DNA of 37,938 nt from an uncultured Ruficoccus sp. (lineage in GTDB: Bacteria; Verrucomicrobiota; Verrucomicrobiia; Opitutales; Cerasicoccaceae), in assembly GCA_965140785.1 (NCBI GenBank), contig OZ223493.1, positions 1-37,938 on the forward strand, in the 5' to 3' direction. Shown piece after piece: positions 16,610 through 27,802 of this stretch. The notes beneath the pieces are model-generated. The model ran no database searches, was not told the DNA's origin, and worked only from the letters and a program-made list of their open reading frames with translations. The position numbers and the translations under genes were made by a program. Each line of letters begins with the position of its first letter. Position 1 is the first letter of the stretch.

Positions 16610-17098
16610 TCAATAGAATTCACGCTCCGGCACCTCAATATCAGCCAGCTCCAAAAGATGCCTGGCGAAAGCAACCATGTCAGCGGCTTCTTTTTTGTTT
16701 TTAGGTGACCAAAATCCATACTCAAAACCAGAGCCGGATCTATGGGCTTCAAAAGTCCAAGTCGAACCATCGACTCCACCCTTCGGGTAGTTCTTATAAA
16801 TACCAGGGAAGTCAATGGCACTGAATTGTTGGACAAGAGCGCTTGCTTCTTCCTCAGTCAGCTTTGTCATTGAATTCTTGGCTTCGCCCCAGTCATAGCC
16901 ACCTTTCCCCGAATAGATTTCCGTTTTTATCAGGAAGATGCCGTCTCTGGGGTAATTCCACACCGTAATGATGATCGGCGCATCAAACGTTCGGACCCAC
17001 GTAAATTTAATTTCCTGATACGGGTTATCGTCAGCCCGTAGAAGCGGCTGGAGGATGAAAAGGAACGCAAAGACGAGATAGAGGGCTTTCGTTTTCAT
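16610..17098 (-). CDS. Hypothetical exported protein
   Basis: Signal-peptide-like MKTKALYLVFAFLFILQPLLRA from the ATG at 17098; 162 aa. Confidence 0.7.
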   Translation of the reverse strand: MKTKALYLVFAFLFILQPLLRADDNPYQEIKFTWVRTFDAPIIITVWNYPRDGIFLIKTEIYSGKGGYDWGEAKNSMTKLTEEEASALVQQFSAIDFPGIYKNYPKGGVDGSTWTFEAHRSGSGFEYGFWSPKNKKEAADMVAFARHLLELADIEVPEREFY

Positions 17099-17111
17099 AC
17101 GGGGTACGGGG

Positions 17112-18179
17112 TTAGAGACGCTTCGCCATCTCGAAGGAATGGGTGTCGCGGAGGTGGCCGTAGGTTTTGGCGACGAGGAGGCCGCCGTCTTTATGGCCAA
17201 TCCATGCCGCTATCGTCTTAAAGTCCACCCCTTTCTCGATGGCGTTACTCACAAAGTAATGGCGTAGGCAATGGTGGGTGAAGTGCGGGAGCTTGGCCAA
17301 GGTGCAGGCGGTGCCGATGGCTTTTTTGGCGGACTCGATGGGAATGAGGCGTTCGTTGGAGCCGGGACAGCCTTGGGCCTGATAGAGGCCTTGCAGGAAG
17401 GCCGCCAGCGTGGGAAAGAGCGGGACGACGCGGACGAGGTGGTTTTTCGTGCCCACTTCCCCACCCGACACGGTGAAGCTGTTGCGCTCGAAATCGACTT
17501 CCCGCCAAATGATGTGCGTGGCCTCGCCGAGGCGCATTCCCGAGTAGGCCAGCAGCTTGACGAGGGGGATAGCGTTGCGGGCGCGCTGGTCGAGCTTTTC
17601 GAGGGTGACAAGCAGGGTGACAAATTCCGACTCAGAGGGAATGAGGATCGGCTTGTCCACGACGCGCTTGCGCTTGAGGGTCCGGGCGGGGCTATCCAGC
17701 AGCAGGCCGGAATCGACCGCGTATTGCAGGACGCCTTTGAGAACGATTAAGTCCTGATTGAAGGTTGAGGCGGCAATGCCCTTGCTGCGTCTAGCGGCCC
17801 AGGTCTCGCAGTCCTGCCGGGTCAGGCCGGTGAGGGTGGACGCACCAAAGGGTTTGTTCAGGCTCTTCAGGCAACGCCGGATGCGGTCCACGGAGGAGAG
17901 CTTGAGGTTGGCGGTGGCAATGGGAAACCAGCGCTGGCCCAGCTCAGCGAAAGTCAGGCCCCGGTCTGCGGTCGAAGTGCTGAGGCGGGCAGCCTGCTCG
18001 CGGAACTCCTTCAGGCGACGTTCGGCGAGTTTTCGGTCTTGAGTTCGCAGGGAACGCCGTATTTGCTTCCCGTTTCTTTTAACGAGCGCGTAATATGTTC
18101 CCGATGACACATTCCGGTAAAGGCACTCTGCTACCTTTACAAACGATGCTTGAGGCGTTTCTGCCTTGGGGTCGGACAT
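17112..18179 (-). CDS. Tyrosine recombinase/integrase
   Basis: YSGMRLGE (R), TKN (K), HHCLRH (HxxR), WIGH and KTYGH (Y); start at ATG 18179 preferred because the longer frame runs over the arm repeats. Confidence 0.95.
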   Translation of the reverse strand: MSDPKAETPQASFVKVAECLYRNVSSGTYYALVKRNGKQIRRSLRTQDRKLAERRLKEFREQAARLSTSTADRGLTFAELGQRWFPIATANLKLSSVDRIRRCLKSLNKPFGASTLTGLTRQDCETWAARRSKGIAASTFNQDLIVLKGVLQYAVDSGLLLDSPARTLKRKRVVDKPILIPSESEFVTLLVTLEKLDQRARNAIPLVKLLAYSGMRLGEATHIIWREVDFERNSFTVSGGEVGTKNHLVRVVPLFPTLAAFLQGLYQAQGCPGSNERLIPIESAKKAIGTACTLAKLPHFTHHCLRHYFVSNAIEKGVDFKTIAAWIGHKDGGLLVAKTYGHLRDTHSFEMAKRL

Positions 18180-18192
18180 GGCGGATTTCGTT

Positions 18193-18215
18193 GGGTTACA
18201 AAACGAGGTTACAAA
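18193..18215 (+). repeat. Two arm-type repeats, GGGTTACAAA and AGGTTACAAA
   Basis: 18193-18202 and 18206-18215; same 13-bp period as the left pair. Confidence 0.8.
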
Positions 18216-18270
18216 CGCGCAAAAACGAGCGCAACAACAATCTCGTAAGTCGTTTTTATCCAATTAATTT

Positions 18271-18347
<77 letters not shown>

Positions 18348-18472
18348 TTTGCGGTAAAGCGCTGACCTGCTCTATCGGACCCCGTGACGCGAGCACGAAT
18401 CACAAAGAGCAGCTTGCCAAATGGCTGTAGAACGCCATCCACGGGTAACAAATACGCCCCCCGGCTTAGGCA

Positions 18473-18940
18473 TCACTTGTTCGCCATTTGCTTTTCCAGG
18501 CGTCCGAGGGCCTGGTTGATGATCAGGATCAGGATGCACTCAAAGACCGCGAGGTAAAACAAGCTCAACGCCACGCTGATACCGATCGCTGCCGCGAAGA
18601 GCAGGCTGGCCGCCGTAGTCAGATAGCGGATGCGCATGGAGTCCTCGACCTTGAGGATGGTGCCCGCTCCGATAAAGCTCACCCCGACCACGATGGCTTC
18701 AAAGAGACGGAGCGGGTCTGTCCGGAGATTTTCGGGAGAAGGAAGATCGTTGTAATGCTCCAGCAATACACGGCCGAGTAAAACCATAAGCGCACAGGCT
18801 GAACCGATGATCATGTGCGTGCGAAATCCGGCCGGTTTATCGCGAAACTCACGCTCCAGGCCAGGCAATCCAGCCAGCACGGCAGCCAGGGCTACACGCC
18901 ACATGATGGACCATTGATCGGCAGGAATATCGAGTATCAT
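18473..18940 (-). CDS. MgtC/SapB family membrane protein
   Basis: GLEREFRDKPAGFRTH, DPLRL, GVSFIGAGTI, LTTAASL. Confidence 0.9.
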   Translation of the reverse strand: MILDIPADQWSIMWRVALAAVLAGLPGLEREFRDKPAGFRTHMIIGSACALMVLLGRVLLEHYNDLPSPENLRTDPLRLFEAIVVGVSFIGAGTILKVEDSMRIRYLTTAASLLFAAAIGISVALSLFYLAVFECILILIINQALGRLEKQMANK

Positions 18941-19210
18941 GAGAACAAAGGGGATGCGAACGGTTTAAATTTATAAGTACAGCCGGAGGTCCGGTTACAC
19001 TGGCGGTCATAATGTAATCCCAAGCCCCACCGACACGCAAGTAACGGGCACAAAAACCATCAGGCGGTGCCACTCCAGCCTATCATGCAGGCAAACCGAA
19101 TCCCCACTCCCTACCGGATTTTCTGCCCCGTCAGCTTGTCCCTCCGGATATTTTCCGCTATATTTTGGTCCACAGCACGCCTGCTAACCCCTTCCACTCC
19201 AACGTTTGAC

Positions 19211-21461
19211 ATGAATTTACTTCGATGGCTTCCCTGGCGCTACTTTTTAAAACGCGCGACGACTCAACACGGCTTCCTCGACCCGTTCGCCTTTATGGCA
19301 CGGCTACGACAGTTCTCACAGCCCTCCGAGGTTCAGGAGCCGATGGAGTTGCTCCGGGCGGGCGCGGCCTTTCACGCACGCGGGCTGATCAATACTAAGG
19401 TCATTCAGAACAATCTCGACTGGATCTGGCCCTACTGGATCGCACGCCAGTTCAATCCCAACGACATTTCCTTCATCCCACGGGCCTTTTCCTTCAGCCA
19501 CATCAACCTCACCCACCGCAACTGGACAGCGGTCGGGCTGCCGGGCGAGACGGCGCTCTCGATCGTCGATCCGCGGGGGCTGGTCACACCATTTCACGAC
19601 GGCTGGTCGATCGACCACTGGTTCGTCGGCGACAATGGTGAACGCACCCTGCCCTCTTATGCGGAGAAGGCCGAACAACGCCTGCTCATGGGCGACATCC
19701 ATCAAGTGCTGACCGAGGTCCCCGGCGAAGCAGCCAAGCTCACGCTCCATACCAAGGTCATCCGCAAGGCCGGGGGAGCCGGTGCTGACGACCCAGATCG
19801 ACGTCCACGCAGAGACAGACGGCTGGCTGGTGGTGGCGATCCGCCCGAGCAACCCGGAGGGGGTACGCTTCGTCGATGTCATCTCGCGGGAGGGCAGCAA
19901 TTTTACCGTCAACGAAAACCACCGGCTGCAGTTGGAAGACCCGCCGGAGCGCGTGGTCATGTCCGACTATCACCGGGGCGACGTGGGCAAGGCGCTGGCC
20001 AACCCCGAGCGACTCGACACGGAGCAGGAGTGCCCGGCTGGGCTGGCCTCGGCGGCGGCAGCCTACCGCGTGCGCGCCCATGAGTCCTACGGCACCTCCT
20101 ATCAGGTTCCGCTGGAGGCCGGAGAGAGTAACCAGACCGTCACCGTCGCGGACTGGGAAAGTTTTAACCAGAAACGCACCAAGCTGCAAATCCCGGACGA
20201 GCGGATGCGGGAGGTCTTCGAGAGTTCGCAGCACACGCTCACACTGTTATCGGAACCGGAGATCGTCCCCGGTCCCTACACCTACCGGCGGTTCTGGTTT
20301 CGCGACGCCTGTCTGATGGCCAATGCCTTTCTCGGTAACAACGAGGCCGAGACGGTCAAGCGCACGCTGAAAACCTTCACCGAGCGCCAGCGCCTCGACG
20401 GCTACTTTCACTCGCAGGAAGGCGAGTGGGACTCCAACGGGCAGGTCCTCTGGATCGTGGACCGCTATGAGCAGCTCACCGGCGAGCGTATCGACTCTCC
20501 GGATACAAAGTCCCTGCGTAGCGCCGCCGAGTGGATCGGCCACAAGCGCAAGTCTTCCAAGTCCAAGCACCCCGGGCTGTTTCCGGCGGGCTTCAGCGCC
20601 GAGCACCTCGGACCGAATGACTACTACTACTGGGATGACTTCTGGGGCATCGCCGGCCTGCACTGCGCGGCCTCGATCTTTGAACGGCGCGGCGACAGCA
20701 AACAGGCCGCAACCTTCCGCCAAGAAGCCGCCGCCTTCGAAAGCGATGTCCGCAAAAGCCTGGAGGCCCTGCCCGAGGAACGCGCGCACGGCGGCATGCC
20801 CGCCTCCCCGCACCGCCGGATGGACTCCGGCGCGGTCGGCTCCATGGTTGTGGACTACCCGCTGGAGTTGACTTTCCTGCCGCAGGAGCGCATCACCCGC
20901 TCGGTCGAATGGCTGTGGAAGCACTGCTTCATCAAGGACGGTTTCTTCCAGGACATGATCCACTCGGGCATCAATATTTACCTCTCCCTGGCTATCGCCC
21001 AGACCTTCCTGCGGCGCGGGGACGCGCGCCACCGGCGCATCATCAAGGCCGTGGCCCGCCTGGCCTCCCCCACGGGCAAGTGGCCCGAGGCGGTGCACCC
21101 CCGCACGCTGGGCGGCTGCATGGGCGACGGTGAGCACGGATGGGCCGCCGCCGAGTGGTGCGAGATGATGCGCTCGCTCTTCATCCGCGAGAGCGAAAGC
21201 GACTTGGTCATCGGCGAGGGGCTTTTCCCGGAATGGTTAGAGGCCGGCGAGCTGATCGCCTACGGCCCCACCCTGACGCCTTTTGGCCTGGTCACGGTCG
21301 AACTGGAGCCCGCGGGTGAAGACTGGCAGATCCGCGTGCAGGGTGAATGGCGCGACGAGCCCCCCCGCCTGCGGGTCGAAATCGAAGGATTCGAGGCGCA
21401 GGACTTGCCGAGTGACGGCTCTTCGGTCACATTATCCCGGAGCGTCCCCGCTTTTAAATAG
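19211..21461 (+). CDS. Large protein with C-terminal six-hairpin-glycosidase-like domain; apparent +1 frameshift in the G-run at 19772-19776
   Basis: ORFs 19067-20083 and 19782-21461 join on removing one G; YRRFWFRDA, EWDSNGQ, SAEHLG, YYWDDFWG, WPEAVHP, GDGEHGWAAA. Confidence 0.7.
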
Positions 21462-21471
21462 ATCGTTACGC

Positions 21472-22743
21472 ATGAAAATCGCCATGTTTACGAATACCTA
21501 CCCGCCGCACGTCGGCGGGGTGGCACGATCGGTTTCGACTCAGGTCGAGTGGTTGCAGGCCCACGGGCACGAGACACTCGTTATCGCCCCGGAGTTTCCG
21601 GACATGCCCGAAGAAGAGACCGGCGTCCTCCGGGTGCCGGCGATCCAGAACTTCAACGGCTCGGACTTCTCCGTGCGACTGCCGCTGAGCTTGGAGACGG
21701 TGGACCGGATCGAGGAATTCGCACCAGACATCGTCCACTCGCACCACCCGTTTCTGATGGGCGACTCCGCCCTGCGCTTCGCTTATCAGGAGGGGCGTCC
21801 GCTGATCTTCACCCATCACACCCGCTACGAGGATTACGCCCACTACATTCTGGACAAGTCCAGCGCCTTGCAAACGGTCGCACGCGAGATTTCGACCAAC
21901 TACTCCGAGCTGGCCGACATCGTGGTCGCCCCCAGTGCCAGCATCGAGCAGATGCTGCGCGAGCGCGAGATGCCGCAGCCGATCCGGGTCATCCCCACCG
22001 GGATCGACCCGACGCGCTTCGAGCCGGACAACCCCCAAGCCGTACGTGAAAAGCTGGGCATCCCCGCCGAGGCTTTTGTGCTGGGCCATGTGGGTCGGCT
22101 CGCGCCGGAGAAGAACCTCGCCTACCTGATGGAGGCCGTCACGCCCTTTCTGCAAAAGCACTCCGAGGGCCACTTTCTGGTCGTCGGCTACGGCCCGGCG
22201 GAAGAGCAGATGCGCGAGCAGGCGAAAAAGGCCGGCATCGCGGAGCAGTGCCACTTCGCCGGTAAACTCGAAGGCCAGAAGCTGGCCGACGCCTATCACG
22301 CGCAGGACCTGTTTGTCTTTTCCTCCAAATCCGAGACTCAGGGCATGGTGTTGGCCGAGGCCATGACCTGCGGCAAGCCGGTCGTGGCGCTCGACGCACC
22401 GGGGGCGCGCGAAGTCGTTCGCAACGGCGAGAACGGCCGCCTCCTGTCCGAAAACACCCCCGCCGGGCAATTCGCCGAGGCCATCGGGGAGCTTTACGAA
22501 CTGCTGCAAAAGGGCGCCCCCGAAGCCAAGGAGGCCCTGAACGCCGCCGTAGCCAAGACCGCCGGGTCCTTCTCACTCGACACCTGCATGGGGCATATGT
22601 GCGAGCTGTACGAGGAGGCGATCCGGGATTACGGCACGGCGGGCAGCCTCAACGGATGGGAACGCTTCCTCGGTCGCTGCGAGGCCGAATGGCGGCTGGC
22701 CATCGAAAAGGCGACCTCCGCCGGTGCCGTCCTGTGGTCCTGA
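21472..22743 (+). CDS. GT4-family glycosyltransferase
   Basis: MKIAMFTNTYPPHVGGV, HSHHPF, THHTRYE, GRLAPEKN, SETQGMVLAEAM. Confidence 0.92.
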   Translation: MKIAMFTNTYPPHVGGVARSVSTQVEWLQAHGHETLVIAPEFPDMPEEETGVLRVPAIQNFNGSDFSVRLPLSLETVDRIEEFAPDIVHSHHPFLMGDSALRFAYQEGRPLIFTHHTRYEDYAHYILDKSSALQTVAREISTNYSELADIVVAPSASIEQMLREREMPQPIRVIPTGIDPTRFEPDNPQAVREKLGIPAEAFVLGHVGRLAPEKNLAYLMEAVTPFLQKHSEGHFLVVGYGPAEEQMREQAKKAGIAEQCHFAGKLEGQKLADAYHAQDLFVFSSKSETQGMVLAEAMTCGKPVVALDAPGAREVVRNGENGRLLSENTPAGQFAEAIGELYELLQKGAPEAKEALNAAVAKTAGSFSLDTCMGHMCELYEEAIRDYGTAGSLNGWERFLGRCEAEWRLAIEKATSAGAVLWS

Positions 22744-22891
22744 TTTCACGCAACAGGGGCGTGTCAGCGTTGAGAATCGCGCACGCATTTGGGGGCTTTT
22801 TAGGCAAATATCGCTTTATCACCGCCGCCGTTCCGGCTAAGCTCATGGCCTCTTTCTTTTTCTAACGGTATCTCCCCACCTACCTCTGCCG

Positions 22892-24343
22892 ATGAAAAAC
22901 AGCTCCTCCCCTGCCCTCCTCCCACGGTCCATGCTCTGGCCGTTCATTTTGGTCACCTTGCTCTTCGCGCTATGGGGCTTCGCCAACGATGTCACCAACC
23001 CGCTGGTCAAGGCGTTCAAGGACATCTTCGTCATCAGCAACGCGCAGAGCAGCCTCGTACAGACGGCCTTCTACGGGGGCTACGCGACCATGGCCATCCC
23101 GGCGGCAATCTTCATCTTCCGCTACTCGTATAAGGCGGGCATCCTCGTCGGACTCGGGCTGTACGCGACCGGGGCGTTTATCGCGCTGCCGGCAGCGCTG
23201 CTGATGAATTTCAATATCTTCCTGGTCGCGCTCTACATCCTGACCTTCGGGCTGGCCTTTCTGGAAACGACCGCCAACCCCTACATTCTCTCCATGGGTC
23301 CGAAGGAGACCGCCACCCGCCGGCTCAACCTGGCCCAGGCGTTTAATCCTATGGGGTCGCTCTCGGGCATGGTCGTGGCCAGCCTCTTCATCCTCAGTAA
23401 TCTTCAGGTTGAGGACATCCGCGAAAACGTGAACCACTACCCCGAGGAAGCGGTGGCGATTGAGGCAAGTGAACCCGGGCTGGCGGGCTATCTGTCGGCC
23501 AACGCCGATGCAAACTTCGACCAGGTGATGGTAGCCTACAAGGCCGGGGAAATTCCGACGCACGAGGGGCGTAGTTTTAAGGAAATGAAACGGCACGACC
23601 TGGCCATTGTGAAAATGCCTTATGTCGCCGTCGGCGGTGTCGTGCTGCTCGTGATGTTCATCTTTATCGTTACGAAGATGCCGGATACAAACCGATCCAC
23701 GGGCGAAAAGCTGAATCTGGGAACAGCCTTCGGGCACATACTAAAAAACCGGATCTACCTCGGCGGTGTCATCGCGCAGACGGCCTACGTCGCCACGCAG
23801 ATCATGTGCTGGACCTTCATCATCCACTATGCGACGACAAACCTCGGCATGTCGGCAGCCACGGCGCAGAATTACAATATCGTGGCCATGACCCTTTTTT
23901 GCCTGAGCCGTTTCATCTGCACATTTCTGTTAAAATACCTGCCCCCGGCCAAGCTGCTGCTCATGCTGGCGGCGGGGGCGACCTGTACGATCCTGGGCGT
24001 TATTTTCATCGAGGGCATCGTCGGGCTGTACTGCCTAGTGGCGACCTCGGCCTGCATGGCGCTGATGTTCCCGACCATCTACGGTATCGCGCTGGAGGGC
24101 ATGGGCGATGAAGCCAAGCTCGCCTCGGCGGGCCTGATCTTCGCCATCGTCGGCGGCGCGCTGACCCCGCCTCTGCAAGGCTGGATCATCGACCAGGGCG
24201 GCGAGCAGGGACGCCTTGGCGGCCTGCCTGCGGTCAGTGTCTCTTTCGTGCTGCCGCTGGCGTGCTTCCTCGTCATCGCGGCCTATGCGCTGTTCGTCCA
24301 GCGCTGCCATCGAGATGTAAAAGACACTCCCGCGAGCACGTAA
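22892..24343 (+). CDS. fucP: MFS sugar:H+ symporter, L-fucose permease family
   Basis: LFALWGFANDVTNPLV, LVQTAFYGGY, FLETTANPY, RLNLAQAFNP, MFPTIYG. Confidence 0.85.
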   Translation: MKNSSSPALLPRSMLWPFILVTLLFALWGFANDVTNPLVKAFKDIFVISNAQSSLVQTAFYGGYATMAIPAAIFIFRYSYKAGILVGLGLYATGAFIALPAALLMNFNIFLVALYILTFGLAFLETTANPYILSMGPKETATRRLNLAQAFNPMGSLSGMVVASLFILSNLQVEDIRENVNHYPEEAVAIEASEPGLAGYLSANADANFDQVMVAYKAGEIPTHEGRSFKEMKRHDLAIVKMPYVAVGGVVLLVMFIFIVTKMPDTNRSTGEKLNLGTAFGHILKNRIYLGGVIAQTAYVATQIMCWTFIIHYATTNLGMSAATAQNYNIVAMTLFCLSRFICTFLLKYLPPAKLLLMLAAGATCTILGVIFIEGIVGLYCLVATSACMALMFPTIYGIALEGMGDEAKLASAGLIFAIVGGALTPPLQGWIIDQGGEQGRLGGLPAVSVSFVLPLACFLVIAAYALFVQRCHRDVKDTPAST

Positions 24344-24379
24344 TACCGCTTTCAAGCAGTTTTGATAAGGTCAGGGATT

Positions 24380-24444
24380 TAACAGGAAGGCCGGAAAGAA
24401 CGAAAACAAAGGCCCATAGCTTTCTACTCCCGTTCTTCCTGTTA
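24380..24444. repeat. 10-bp inverted repeat between convergent genes
   Basis: TAACAGGAAG (24380-24389) and CTTCCTGTTA (24435-24444). Confidence 0.55.
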
Positions 24445-24540
24445 CAAATAACCGTTCAAAAATCTTTCTGATTTGATCGGTTCGGCTTGAAGATAGTATC
24501 AGTCGCAGGCGGAGCATTAAGGTCTCAACGCACAGAAGAA

Positions 24541-24595
24541 AGCACGAAGATCACAAAGAGATTCCAGCGGGAAAAACGTTTGTGAGCTTCGTGCT
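24541..24595. repeat. 17-bp imperfect inverted repeat (REP-like element or bidirectional terminator)
   Basis: AGCACGAAGATCACAAA (24541-24557) and TTTGTGAGCTTCGTGCT (24579-24595), one mismatch. Confidence 0.65.
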
Positions 24596-24659
24596 CCTGC
24601 CACTCAAGGCGCGATACCGTTGGCGAAATCGCGCCTGTATTGGTTTTCTATGACAAAGA

Positions 24660-26216
24660 TCAGAAGACGTACCCCTGAGCCAGTTCGGTGTAGGCCTCGA
24701 CCTGGGCTTGCTGCCAAGCTTCGTCCTTGCCGAGTTCCTTCGCCATAAGAGCAGCCACCGCGGGCGCGGCGACGATAGAAGCCTTGGCGTTGAGCAGGAG
24801 TGCGCGTGTGCGGCGGGCCAGCACGTCCTCGACCGAACGGGCCATTTCCGCGCGCACGTGCCAGATAACTTCGGCCTTCTGGTAAGGCAGCTCGGCGTGC
24901 AGGTGTTCCTTGAGGGCGGAGTCTTCCTTTATCAACTCCTCGATCTTGAGCGCATCAGAGCCGTAGAGGGCGAGGTTCGCCTGCTCGGAAGGGGCGCGGG
25001 TCCAGCCGTGGATATGCATTTCCTCGGTCTCACAGCGGCGGTCGTCAAGTCCGCCCAGTGTCTGGGCCTGGTCGATGACGTCCTGGGCCATCTTACGGTA
25101 AGTGGTCCATTTGCCTCCGGTGAGCGTGATCAGGCCGCTGCCGCTGATGATGATGCTATGGTCACGCGAAAGTGCGGCAGTGTCGGTGCCGTCCCCGGCT
25201 TTGACCAGCGGGCGCAGCCCGGCGAAGATGCTCAGCACGTCGTCCGGCGTGGGGTCCGTGGTCAGGTATTTGCAGGCATGGGTGAGGACGAACTCCCGCT
25301 CCTCCTCCAGTGCGCGCGGCTCCAGGCTGTGCGTGTCCAGCGGGGTGTCGGTCGTGCCAACGACGACATGGTCGTGCCACGGTACCGCGAAAAGCACGCG
25401 TCCGTCCGCCGTCTTCGGGATCATGATGGCGGCCTCGCCGGGCAGGAAGCGCTTCGGCAGGACAATGTGAATGCCCTGGCTGACGGCGATAACGCCCTTG
25501 GCCTTCGGCTCGTCCATGTGGCGCAGGTCGTCGGCAAAAACGCCGGTGGCATTGATGACCGTCCGAGCCCGCACAGTGAACTGCCGGTCGTTCTCCACAT
25601 CGTGAATTTCGACCCCGGCGACGACGCCGTTTTCCTTCACCAGGCCGACGCAGCGGCAATAGTTGAGCATGGCCGCGCCGAGGGCCTCGGCGGTCTGGGC
25701 GAGGTTCACCGCCAGTCGCGAGTCGTCGAACTGCCCGTCGTGGTAAATGACCCCGCCGACCAGGTGCTCCTGCTCGACGGTGGGAATGGCCTTGATCGTG
25801 TCCTCCCGGCTCAGGTGGCGCGAGGGGGCGAGCCCGAGCTTACCGGCGAGCTGGTCGTACACTTTCATGCCGATCCCGTAAAAGGGCCCCTCCCACCAGG
25901 AATAGTTCGGAATGACAAAGGCCTGCGAACGCACCAGGTGCGGGGCGTTCTGCGTGAGGCGACCGCGCTCGCGTAAAGCTTCGAGCACGAGGGAGACGTT
26001 GCCTTGCTGGAGGTAGCGCACGCCGCCGTGGACCAGCTTGGTCGAACGGCTGGAGGTGCCCTTGGCAAAGTCGGCCTGTTCAAAAAGAGCGACGCTGTGG
26101 CCGCGCGAGGCGGCGTCCACCGCCGCGCCCAGGCCCGAGGCTCCGCCGCCGATAATGACCACGTCAAAGGGCTTGTCAGCGGATTGCGCCCGGTCGAGTG
26201 AGGTTTCACGTTTCAT
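24660..26216 (-). CDS. glpD: FAD-dependent glycerol-3-phosphate dehydrogenase/oxidase
   Basis: IIGGGASG, GTSSRSTKLVHGGVRYL, GLRPL, GGKWTTYRKMA; downstream of glpK. Confidence 0.93.
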   Translation of the reverse strand: MKRETSLDRAQSADKPFDVVIIGGGASGLGAAVDAASRGHSVALFEQADFAKGTSSRSTKLVHGGVRYLQQGNVSLVLEALRERGRLTQNAPHLVRSQAFVIPNYSWWEGPFYGIGMKVYDQLAGKLGLAPSRHLSREDTIKAIPTVEQEHLVGGVIYHDGQFDDSRLAVNLAQTAEALGAAMLNYCRCVGLVKENGVVAGVEIHDVENDRQFTVRARTVINATGVFADDLRHMDEPKAKGVIAVSQGIHIVLPKRFLPGEAAIMIPKTADGRVLFAVPWHDHVVVGTTDTPLDTHSLEPRALEEEREFVLTHACKYLTTDPTPDDVLSIFAGLRPLVKAGDGTDTAALSRDHSIIISGSGLITLTGGKWTTYRKMAQDVIDQAQTLGGLDDRRCETEEMHIHGWTRAPSEQANLALYGSDALKIEELIKEDSALKEHLHAELPYQKAEVIWHVRAEMARSVEDVLARRTRALLLNAKASIVAAPAVAALMAKELGKDEAWQQAQVEAYTELAQGYVF

Positions 26217-26274
26217 AATAGATCTTTCGTTTTAAAGGTTAAGCATCGGGTCAGGTTGACAGTCGTCGAGTGGG

Positions 26275-27783
26275 TTATTCCTCTTCGGACTCCTCCCAGT
26301 TCTTGGCGCGTTGGAGGGCCTTCTGCCAGCCCTTGCGTAGGGGCTCCATATCCTGCTCCGCACGCTTGGGCTCGAAGGTTTTTTCGTTCTCCCAGCGGCG
26401 GGTGATGGCCTCGCGGCTCTCCCAGAAGCCGACGGCCAGTCCGGCCAGGTAGGCGGCGCCCAGAGCAGTCGTCTCGACACACTTGGGCCGCAGAACCGAG
26501 GTTTGCAGCAGGTCGGCCTGGAACTGCAAAAGCGGATCGCTGCGGCAGGCGCCGCCGTCCACGCGGAGTTCTTTCAATTTCAAGCCGCTGTCCTTCTCCA
26601 TCGCGGCGAGGAGGTCGGCACTTTGAAAGGCGATGGACTCCAGCGCCGCGCGGCAGAAGTGGGCACGGTTCGTGCCACGGGTGATGCCCAGTGCCGCGCC
26701 GCGGGCGTAGGGGTCCCAGTGGGGGGCGCCCAGCCCGGCGAAAGCGGGCACGAGGTAGAGTCCGCCAGCGTCCTGCACGGTCGCGGCCAGCCAGTCCAGC
26801 TCCTGAGCGGTGCGGACCAGTTGCAGCTCGTCACGAATCCACTGCACAACGGCTCCGCCGATGAAGACCGAGCCCTCCAGCGCGTACTCGGTTTTGTCGC
26901 CGATGCGCCAGGCCACGGTGGTGAGCAGGTTGTTCTTCGAGCGGACGGGCTTGTCGCCCATGTTCATGAGCAGGAAGCAGCCCGTGCCGTAGGTGTTCTT
27001 GGCCATGCCGGGGGAGAAACAAGCCTGCCCGAAAAGCGCGGCGTGCTGGTCGCCCGCGATACCCGCGATGGGTGCGCCGCCGGGGTAAAGGTTCTTCTGC
27101 ACCGTGCCGTAAACCTCGGAGCTGGACTTGATCTCCGGCAGCATGCTGCGGGGCACATCCAGAAGGTCGAGCATTTCATCGTCCCAGTCGTCCTTTTCGA
27201 TATTATAGAAAAGCGTGCGGCTGGCGTTGGTGACATCGGTCACATGGACCTTGCGTCCGGTGAGCTGCCAGATCAGCCAGGTATCAACAGTGCCGAAGAG
27301 CAGCTTGCCGGCCTCGGCCTTTTCGCGCGCGCCGGAGACGTTTTCCAGAATCCAGCGCACCTTCGTGCCCGAGAAGTACGGGTCCAGGCGCAGGCCGGTC
27401 TTTTCGGACACCATTTCTTCGTGTCCCTCATTCTTGAGCTTGAGGCAGTAGTCGGCGGTGCGGCGGTCCTGCCAGACGATGGCGTTGTAAACGGGCCGGC
27501 CCGTGTCCTTGTCCCAGACGATGGTGGTTTCGCGCTGGTTGGTCACCCCGACCGCGGCAACCGCGTCGGTCGTCAGGTCGGCGCGGGAAATAGCCTCGGC
27601 AGCGGTTGAACTCTGGCTCGACCAGATTTCCATGGGGTTGTGCTCGACCCAGCCGGGCTTGGGGTAAATCTGGCGGAATTCCTTTTGCGCGACGGCGACG
27701 ACGTGGCCCTCGTGGTCGAAGACGATGGAACGGGAACTCGTGGTCCCCTGGTCGAAGGCGAGAATGTATTGGTCTTTGGACAT
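26275..27783 (-). CDS. glpK: Glycerol kinase
   Basis: [47 protein letters not shown]; start MSKDQY at 27783. Confidence 0.96.
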   Translation of the reverse strand: MSKDQYILAFDQGTTSSRSIVFDHEGHVVAVAQKEFRQIYPKPGWVEHNPMEIWSSQSSTAAEAISRADLTTDAVAAVGVTNQRETTIVWDKDTGRPVYNAIVWQDRRTADYCLKLKNEGHEEMVSEKTGLRLDPYFSGTKVRWILENVSGAREKAEAGKLLFGTVDTWLIWQLTGRKVHVTDVTNASRTLFYNIEKDDWDDEMLDLLDVPRSMLPEIKSSSEVYGTVQKNLYPGGAPIAGIAGDQHAALFGQACFSPGMAKNTYGTGCFLLMNMGDKPVRSKNNLLTTVAWRIGDKTEYALEGSVFIGGAVVQWIRDELQLVRTAQELDWLAATVQDAGGLYLVPAFAGLGAPHWDPYARGAALGITRGTNRAHFCRAALESIAFQSADLLAAMEKDSGLKLKELRVDGGACRSDPLLQFQADLLQTSVLRPKCVETTALGAAYLAGLAVGFWESREAITRRWENEKTFEPKRAEQDMEPLRKGWQKALQRAKNWEESEEE

Positions 27784-27802
27784 GGGCGATGGGGGGGTAA
27801 GG

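Noticed and set aside
18443..18452. GGGTAACAAA, a one-mismatch copy of the arm repeat outside the element
   Set aside because: Single, imperfect and beyond the att core; could be chance
19772..19776. Phase-variable or programmed frameshift in the glycosidase-like gene
   Set aside because: A G5 run is short for slippage and the same +1 pattern affects unrelated genes
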